A stretch of DNA of 64,000 bases from Candidatus Bathyarchaeia archaeon (GTDB taxonomy: Archaea; Thermoproteota; Bathyarchaeia; Bathyarchaeales; Bathycorpusculaceae). The notes beneath the pieces are model-generated. The model was not told the origin of the DNA. It searched no databases and saw only the letters and a list, made by a program, of their open reading frames with translations. Both the position numbers and the translations under genes were made by a program. Below, piece after piece: positions 57,763 to 64,000 of the stretch; within the stretch, counting starts at the first letter, position 1, and every line of letters begins with the position of its first letter. The stretch spans positions 128,001 to 192,000 of the forward strand of contig JAVZLQ010000004.1 in the NCBI GenBank assembly GCA_038883655.1, given 5' to 3'.

Positions 57763-58906
57763 TACTTAACACAGCTACAACTCCAGTTGCTGTTGGAATT
57801 CCACGCCAAGTGTGGGCTAAGCCAACTTCCACGTCTGGTATTTGCCTTTGTCCAGCCTCTCCCCTAAGCTGTAGCACTGTTTCGAGAAGCTTTTGCATGC
57901 CAGAAGCCTCCAAACCGTAGCCCATCCCAAGCAAGCCTCCAGATGGGTTTACTGGAAACTCTCCTTCTAGGGCTGTGATGCCTTCCTCCGTGATTTTTCC
58001 GGCTTCGCCATAACCGCAGATTTTTAATGCTTCCATATGTTGAAGTTCCTTATAGGCAAACATGTCGTGAATTTCGGCGAAGTCGATCTCCCTATACGGA
58101 TTGTTTATCTTCGCTTGTTTGTACGCCATTTCAGCGGCTAATCTTGTGTAAACAGCCCTAGCCCAATCCCTCGTTTCCAAGCTTGAAGTTTCAGTGCACC
58201 AGCCTACGCCCTTAACCCAAACTGGTTTGTCCGTAAGTTTCTCTGCAACGTTTTCAGACGCCAAAACCATGACGACGCATCCGTCTGCTGGAGTACTTAT
58301 CTCCAACTTTTTCAGCGGATAAAAGCACATATCAGAGCATAACACTTGGTCAAGGGTTATTTTTGCGCCGTAAGCCGCATAAGGATTAAGCAACGCGTTC
58401 CTCTTGTTTTTCACAACTACTTGTGCGCATTGCTCCATTGTCGTGCATGTTTCATGCATGTAACGGTTCATTTCCATACCAGCCAAATAGTATGGATGCC
58501 CGCCTAAGGGTCTATTGAATATTGGGTCTAAACCGAAGGCGACAATGTCCATGTATGTGAGAATGTCCGAAGCTTTGCTGTGGGCTTCCACAACCACCGT
58601 GTCGAATTGACCCGTTTTGATGAGCATGTAGGCTGTTGCCAGTCCAAGCATACCATCACCGGAAACCGTGAAAAGATGGCGTAGTGCTGCCCCTAGCTGG
58701 TCTGGAACGAACTCGTCGAATATGCTGAAGCCTTCAAGGTAGTCTTCGGCACATGTCACGAAAACGTCAATGTCCTCTCTTGGGTTAACGCCAGCATCCT
58801 CGTACGCCTTTACAGCTGCCTCGTACATTAACTCCTTATAGGATAACTCTGGGGTTATTGGTCTAAAGCCGATGCATCCAACACCAACAATTGCAACTTC
58901 GCTCAT
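57752..58906 (-). CDS. Thiolase-superfamily protein lacking the nucleophilic Cys (Ltp4-like)
   Basis: FTVSGDG replaces CxS; EIHDMF, NPSGGLL, GYG instead of GHP. Confidence 0.8.
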   Translation of the reverse strand: MSEVAIVGVGCIGFRPITPELSYKELMYEAAVKAYEDAGVNPREDIDVFVTCAEDYLEGFSIFDEFVPDQLGAALRHLFTVSGDGMLGLATAYMLIKTGQFDTVVVEAHSKASDILTYMDIVAFGLDPIFNRPLGGHPYYLAGMEMNRYMHETCTTMEQCAQVVVKNKRNALLNPYAAYGAKITLDQVLCSDMCFYPLKKLEISTPADGCVVMVLASENVAEKLTDKPVWVKGVGWCTETSSLETRDWARAVYTRLAAEMAYKQAKINNPYREIDFAEIHDMFAYKELQHMEALKICGYGEAGKITEEGITALEGEFPVNPSGGLLGMGYGLEASGMQKLLETVLQLRGEAGQRQIPDVEVGLAHTWRGIPTATGVVAVLSNVK

Positions 58907-59060
58907 AGGCTTTTCTCCTTTCCTTTTTGGAGCCTAATAATGTGGAAGCGTGTTCACATAAAACTTTCGTGGAAAACTCAAAATTTCATTGATGAAATTT
59001 AAATACTTGTTGAAGTACTATTCAGTTCTTTAAAACGCATGTTTAAGGGAGAATTTAGCC

Positions 59061-60233
59061 TTGAAAGGCAAACCCCTAGTTTCAATTGTTTCTGCTGGAC
59101 TGTCAAAATTTGGAAAACGCGAAGGCTTATACGCTCGGGAACTCTTCGCAGAAGCAGCAAAAGAAGCTTTTGAACGCTGCCCAAACCTAGACCCAAAAAA
59201 GGATATTCAAGCATTGTTTGTCGGGCATATGGGCGAATCCTACGAACATCAAGGGCACACGGGCGCAACAGCTGCGGACTGGTCTGGACTACTACATATA
59301 CCAGCAACAAGAACTGAAGCCGCGTGCGCCTCTTCTGGAGCAGCATTAAGAGCAGCAATATACGCTGTACTTTCTGGTTTGTGCGACGTTGTTATGGTTG
59401 GAGGTGTTGAAAAAATGACTCATCGTACAACGCCTGAAGTTACGGAATATTTGGCTATGGCTTCCGATTTTCCCTTCGAGCAGTGGCATGGCATCACTTT
59501 TCCAGGCTTGTTCGCGTTGATGGCTACGGCGCACATGCACAAGTATGGTACAACAGAAAAGCAGATGGCTATGGTAGCCGTAAAAAACCATTATCATGGA
59601 AGCCTAAACCAGAAAGCGCACATGCAGAAGGAAATAACCCTTGAAACCGCCTTATCTTCACGCGTTATTGCTTGGCCCTTAAAACTCTACGACTGCTCCT
59701 TAATCACTGATGGAGCAAGCTGCCTAATACTAACAAAACCGGAACTTGCCAAAAAATACACTGACACGCCGGTTCATATAATCGGAAGCGGACAGGCAAG
59801 CGACACAATAGGCATGTATGAAAGGGGAGAATTCACGTCGCTTAGAGCAGCCAAACTAGCAGCAAAACAAGCCTACGAAATGGCTGATTTGGGACCAGAA
59901 GACATAGACTTGGCTGAAGTCCACGACTGCTTCACAATAGCCGAAATAATAGCCTACGAAGACCTGGGCTTCTGCAAGCCAGGCGAAGGCGGCGCCCTAG
60001 CTGAAAGTGGAGAAACCAAGCTCGGTGGAAGGATTCCAGTGAACACAAGCGGCGGATTAAAAGCGAAAGGGCATCCGGTAGGCGCAACTGGAACGGCTCA
60101 GGCTTACGAGATTTATTTGCAGTTGACTGGCCAAGCGGAGAAGAGGCAAGTTAAAGATGCGGAGATTGGGCTAACGCACAATGTTGGCGGTTCAGGCGCC
60201 ACAGCGGCGGTTCACATTTATAGGAGGGAATAG
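59061..60233 (+). CDS. Archaeal acetyl-CoA acetyltransferase (thiolase)
   Basis: EAACASS, EVHDCF, GHPVGATG, HNVGG. Confidence 0.92.
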   Translation: MKGKPLVSIVSAGLSKFGKREGLYARELFAEAAKEAFERCPNLDPKKDIQALFVGHMGESYEHQGHTGATAADWSGLLHIPATRTEAACASSGAALRAAIYAVLSGLCDVVMVGGVEKMTHRTTPEVTEYLAMASDFPFEQWHGITFPGLFALMATAHMHKYGTTEKQMAMVAVKNHYHGSLNQKAHMQKEITLETALSSRVIAWPLKLYDCSLITDGASCLILTKPELAKKYTDTPVHIIGSGQASDTIGMYERGEFTSLRAAKLAAKQAYEMADLGPEDIDLAEVHDCFTIAEIIAYEDLGFCKPGEGGALAESGETKLGGRIPVNTSGGLKAKGHPVGATGTAQAYEIYLQLTGQAEKRQVKDAEIGLTHNVGGSGATAAVHIYRRE

Positions 60234-60237
60234 CAAA

Positions 60238-60642
60238 ATGAGCGAGCAAAATGCACAGTTCACAATCGAACAGTTTTATAAGTATGTTTTACAAGGAAGG
60301 CTTATGGGCGGCAAATGTAGGCAATGCGGAAAAATTCATCTGCCGCCAAGACCTCTATGCGATAAATGTTACTCAAAAGATTTTGAATGGGTTGAACTGC
60401 CGCAGAAAGGCAAACTACTAACATACACGGTAATCTACGTGGCACCAACGCAATTTCAGGGAATGGCGCCATACGCTGTTGGCATAGTTGAACTTGAAAA
60501 TGGCGTGAAAATTCCGGGAATGATTAGAGGAATCGCTATAGAACAGATAAAAATAGGAATGCCATTAGCAATAGACTTCGGCACATGCGCAGCAACACAA
60601 GAATGGCCCCAATGGCCCAGATACTACTTTAAACCGGCCTAA
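60238..60642 (+). CDS. Zn-ribbon/OB-fold (DUF35) thiolase partner
   Basis: ATG 60238 after GGAGG; CRQC..PPRPLCDKC, TYTVI..PY.VGIVEL. Confidence 0.9.
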   Translation: MSEQNAQFTIEQFYKYVLQGRLMGGKCRQCGKIHLPPRPLCDKCYSKDFEWVELPQKGKLLTYTVIYVAPTQFQGMAPYAVGIVELENGVKIPGMIRGIAIEQIKIGMPLAIDFGTCAATQEWPQWPRYYFKPA

Positions 60643-61340
60643 TTTTCGCTTTGTTCTTCCATTTTTTTGTTTATGTATCCTATTAGCGTGGGCAAGTCTG
60701 TTATTGAGGTTATCATGTAGTTCGCTCCAGAGCTTATCAGTTCTTTTGGGCTTGAAACGCCTGTTGTTATGCCCACGGCTATGGCGCCCAAATCTCTTGC
60801 ACATTTCATGTCATTCGCGCTGTCGCCGACAACGACGGTTTCTTGAGGCTTAACGTCTAAAGCTTTTAACGTGGCTTCGAGGTGCTCTGTGTTTGGCTTA
60901 ACATTTTTCACCTTATTTCTCGGAGTTAATGCATCGAAAAATTCGCTTATTCTAAACCTTTTTAGTATAAATTCTGCAGATTTTTCGCTGTTTATTGTGC
61001 ATAACCCAAGTTTCAAGCCCATCTCCTTTAGCGCTTTCAATGTTTCCTTTACCCCTGGAAATGGGCTTGTGTATTTGGCGGCTTCCAACTCATACTTTTC
61101 CGCTATTTCTAGTGCTTCACTGCAGATTTTTGCAATTGCTTCTTCGTTCTGTCCATTGTTTTTCATGAAAATTTCAGTTTTCTTCAGCATTTCGAATATG
61201 CTTTCATTTGTGGAAAGCGTGGATGCTGGCATTCCCGCTCTGATAAGTAGGCTTCGAACATCTGCTCTAACCGCTCTATAGTCTATGTTAAATTTTGCGA
61301 TTGTTCCGTCCAGGTCGAAGATAACAGCCTTAACTTTCAT
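60639..61340 (-). CDS. HAD-superfamily hydrolase (phosphoglycolate phosphatase-like)
   Basis: FDLDGT, KP, VGDSAND. Confidence 0.9.
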   Translation of the reverse strand: MKVKAVIFDLDGTIAKFNIDYRAVRADVRSLLIRAGMPASTLSTNESIFEMLKKTEIFMKNNGQNEEAIAKICSEALEIAEKYELEAAKYTSPFPGVKETLKALKEMGLKLGLCTINSEKSAEFILKRFRISEFFDALTPRNKVKNVKPNTEHLEATLKALDVKPQETVVVGDSANDMKCARDLGAIAVGITTGVSSPKELISSGANYMITSITDLPTLIGYINKKMEEQSEN

Positions 61341-61463
61341 GTTTAATTCTCGCTTTTGCTTTCGAACTTGAAGGCATTAATCACGTTTCTAGCGAAATAT
61401 ACTTTACGGTTAAAGGGGCAAACCGCATATTTAACTAACATGCAAATAATATATCGATGAACC

Positions 61464-61688
61464 ATGGGCCTAGAAGAATATGCAAAAGAAAAATTATGGC
61501 TGATACTTGTGGAAACTGTTCACGCGCTGGTTTTGTACCCAAACCACAAGGCTTACACAAGGGAGGTCATACTTCATGAAAAACCAGACATAACACCACA
61601 AGAGCTAGCAGCAAGATTGGGCATACCACTTGGCGAAGCCCTTGTAATTCTCTATGAATTGGCTAACGAGAAAAAGTCAACTGTTTGA
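61464..61688 (+). CDS. Small HTH-like protein
   Basis: PDITPQELAARLGIPLGEALVIL. Confidence 0.65.
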   Translation: MGLEEYAKEKLWLILVETVHALVLYPNHKAYTREVILHEKPDITPQELAARLGIPLGEALVILYELANEKKSTV

Positions 61689-61690
61689 TT

Positions 61691-62530
61691 TTATGGTTTA
61701 GTGACCATTCTCACGGTTGCCAAGATTAGGATTGCGCCCAAAAGCACTTTTAGTAAATCCTTTTCCACAACTGCTGCTTGTGATGCCCCAACAAAGGCGC
61801 CGATTATGGAGCCTATGCTCATTATAATTGCTATTATGGTTGCGTTTCTGTTGGCGTGTCCCATCATGCGGTGTTTTATGAAGCCGGTGGCAACTGTAGG
61901 TATGGAAACGAGAAGGCTTGCTGTTCCAGCAACCTTTACGTCAAAGCCGAAAACGTAAATTAATGCTGGAATTCGGAACTCGCCTCCCGCGACACCGAAC
62001 ATTCCAGAAATTACGCCTATAACTACGCCAACAAGCACCGCCAAAAAAGTTTCTTCCGTAAAGCCTAAAGTGAACTCGAAAAGTGGTGGGGTGTGAATAA
62101 ATGGTTCAAGTCCAATTTTTAATCCGATTATGACTAAGAAAGCAGCCAAAACTTTTTTCAAAAATCCTTCCTTAACCCTTCCAGTTAAAGCTGCGCCAAG
62201 ATAACTTCCGATGATAGACGCAAAGGACATTATTAAGGCTACATTAATGGCTTGCGCATCCAAAAGTCCCAGCTGAAAACGTATAATGAATGAAACTATG
62301 ACTGTTAGGAGACCTACAAAGAGATTTACGGCAACTGCCGCTATTACTGGAAGCCCAATCACGTAAAGCAGTATGGGAATGCGAAATTCTCCCCCACCAA
62401 CGCCTATTAAACCTGCCGCTATTCCCATTAGAAAGCTAAAAAACAGCGCTGCAAATGCTTTAGCTGTTGAAACTTGTCTTTGGGTGATTTTAGGTCCTCC
62501 TCTCGCAATACGATGTGTTTGCTTAATCAT
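61691..62530 (-). CDS. TauE/SafE (TSUP) family membrane transporter
   Basis: Duplicated G.IGVGGG..IP / GMFGVAGG..IP motifs, ~8 TM; start uncertain. Confidence 0.88.
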   Translation of the reverse strand: MIKQTHRIARGGPKITQRQVSTAKAFAALFFSFLMGIAAGLIGVGGGEFRIPILLYVIGLPVIAAVAVNLFVGLLTVIVSFIIRFQLGLLDAQAINVALIMSFASIIGSYLGAALTGRVKEGFLKKVLAAFLVIIGLKIGLEPFIHTPPLFEFTLGFTEETFLAVLVGVVIGVISGMFGVAGGEFRIPALIYVFGFDVKVAGTASLLVSIPTVATGFIKHRMMGHANRNATIIAIIMSIGSIIGAFVGASQAAVVEKDLLKVLLGAILILATVRMVTKP

Positions 62531-62536
62531 GTCGAT

Positions 62537-62554
62537 TTAGACTTATAAGTCTAA
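62537..62554. promoter_or_regulatory. Perfect 18-bp palindrome in divergent tauE/modE-like intergenic region
   Basis: TTAGACTTATAAGTCTAA centred on TTATAA. Confidence 0.6.
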
Positions 62555-62573
62555 TACCACAAACAAGAATTAC

Positions 62574-62903
62574 ATGACAAGAAAGAGTAAATTCCAATAC
62601 AAAATATGGATAGAATATGAAGGAAAACCAGTTTTGGGCAAAGGTGGAGCTCAAATCCTAGAACAGGTAGAAAAGGAACAATCAATTTCACGAGCTGCTA
62701 AGAAACTTGGCATGTCCTACCGTTATGTTTGGAGTTACCTAAAAAAGATTGAGAAGGTATTGGGCGAGCCAGTCATAGAAACTTATAGAGGCGGCAAATC
62801 TGGTGGGGGAGGCGCAAAACTAACAAAGCAAGGCAAAAAACTGCTTGAGGATTATAAACTCGCTGAGGATTATTTGGCTGAAGTTCTCGCAAGAAAATTT
62901 TAA
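62574..62903 (+). CDS. ModE-type winged-helix regulator (DNA-binding domain only)
   Basis: LGKGG.QIL...SISRAAKKLGMSYRYVW...RGG..GGGAKLT. Confidence 0.88.
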   Translation: MTRKSKFQYKIWIEYEGKPVLGKGGAQILEQVEKEQSISRAAKKLGMSYRYVWSYLKKIEKVLGEPVIETYRGGKSGGGGAKLTKQGKKLLEDYKLAEDYLAEVLARKF

Positions 62904-62933
62904 TGGAGAAATTATGTTAAACATGTTTGGCTG

Positions 62934-63227
62934 TTGGTTAAGCAAACGCTGGGCAGAGAATTTGATGAAGCAAAAGAACATACAGAATGGCATCTTAAGG
63001 GTTTTCCAGAGTTTTGTTTAGTTGCTGAAGAGAAAAACATGATTGTAGGCTTCATAATTTCGCATCTTCATGAAAATGCTCTTGAAATAGAGGAGCTTTA
63101 TGCAGTGAAAGGATACGAGAACGTTTTCGGGTCTCTCATAAATGAAGTTTTGCGTAGGGTTCCAAAAGTGGACAACGTGACAATGGAGATTGATGTATTT
63201 CAAGCACTTATTAAGCAACTGAAATAA
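62934..63227 (+). CDS. Short GNAT-like protein, possibly degenerate
   Basis: CLVAEE..IVGFI...LEIEELY; acetyl-CoA loop poorly conserved. Confidence 0.45.
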   Translation: MVKQTLGREFDEAKEHTEWHLKGFPEFCLVAEEKNMIVGFIISHLHENALEIEELYAVKGYENVFGSLINEVLRRVPKVDNVTMEIDVFQALIKQLK

Positions 63228-63228
63228 T

Positions 63229-63780
63229 CTATTCCACTACGTATCTGTAGGCTATGTGTTCTCCTGCTGTCGGGCTTTTTCTTATTATGCGCAATATGTC
63301 GCCTGGTTTGGCGCCTATGGCTTTTACGGCTGGGTCTGAAGCCTTTATTTGTGGAAGTTGGTAAGGCTTAACCTTGTACTGCGCAAGAAGCTGTTCCCTT
63401 TCCTCTTCTGTTAGGATTTCGTGTTTTGGAACAAGTTTGTGCTCGAAAATGTCGAATGCTGGGAAAGTTTTTGGCAAGAGTTCAATTTTCTTCTTTTTTG
63501 CGCCTTGTTTGACGGCATGCGTGTACCTTCCGCCAGTGATTACTATTCCTTTTTCAATGCCTTCTTCCTTCATCACTTTCTGCATGCGGTTTATTGATGT
63601 TATTCCAACAGCGCTGTCTTCTGGTATGCACCATACTAGGGCTTTTTCCTTCTCCTTTGGAATTTCAACGAGAAAGCCAACAGCATCCTCATATTTTTCC
63701 CTTTTAATGAGCTTGTAACCCCTAAGTTTTATGAGCATCTTTGCCTTTCTTTCCTCTAAACTTTCTTCTTCCAAACTCAA
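63229..63780 (-). CDS. rpo5: RNA polymerase subunit Rpo5/RpoH with N-terminal Rpb5-like domain
   Basis: [39 protein letters not shown]-domain plus ~105 aa N-domain. Confidence 0.92.
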   Translation of the reverse strand: MSLEEESLEERKAKMLIKLRGYKLIKREKYEDAVGFLVEIPKEKEKALVWCIPEDSAVGITSINRMQKVMKEEGIEKGIVITGGRYTHAVKQGAKKKKIELLPKTFPAFDIFEHKLVPKHEILTEEEREQLLAQYKVKPYQLPQIKASDPAVKAIGAKPGDILRIIRKSPTAGEHIAYRYVVE

Positions 63781-63847
63781 ACCTAAAACCCCTTTTATGA
63801 GGGCAATCGAAACCTTAACAAGCCATTAAACCTTTAAACTTTGCGCT

Positions 63848-64000
63848 TCAAATGCGCAGCACAACATTATCAACATACTTTTTCATGATCTCCGCAAACT
63901 CGGCGATTGTTGTTGGTGCGTAGGGCTTGACCACCCTAAAGTTTTCGTCAAAAGCGTTGTCTGGAATAAACTGTTGGAAGGCAAATGTTCTTGCACCTTT
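63848..64000 (-). CDS. 3' end of a gene, possibly a radical-SAM anaerobic ribonucleotide reductase activase, partial
   Basis: Reads KGARTFAFQQFIPDNAFDENFRVVKPY...VVLRI*; QQFxP is typical of NrdG-like C-termini. Confidence 0.5.
   Translation of the reverse strand, partial: KGARTFAFQQFIPDNAFDENFRVVKPYAPTTIAEFAEIMKKYVDNVVLRI

Overview
Archaeal chromosomal window, most consistent with Bathyarchaeia/TACK. This is inferred from the fused Rpo1 (A'+A''), unsplit Rpo2, intron-containing tRNA-Leu and archaeal BRE/TATA promoters. The first ~23 kb holds a peptide ABC transporter followed by a co-oriented cluster of secreted proteins with about 8 cohesin-like and 5 dockerin modules. One dockerin sits on the ABC substrate-binding protein, and two cohesins are membrane-anchored. 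All five dockerins share a D-M-x-D-I recognition code, three cohesins are near-identical paralogs, and five promoters carry the same palindrome (TRGAA-N5-YTCCA) exactly 5 nt upstream of a TATA-like box. This looks like a co-regulated, cellulosome-like surface assembly built for nutrient capture, with no recognisable glycoside hydrolases. The rest of the window includes an Lrp regulator, thioredoxin, a NikR-controlled nickel uptake operon, nadA and the RNA polymerase operon. It also has an SMC5/6-like + kleisin-like + MAGE/Nse3-like operon, an arrestin/SPFH/zinc-ribbon module, an isobutyryl-CoA-mutase-type B12 cluster and a pentameric ligand-gated ion channel. Near the end are thiolase/DUF35 clusters and a eukaryote-like two-domain Rpo5. 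All calls come from motif reading by eye; no database searches were run.
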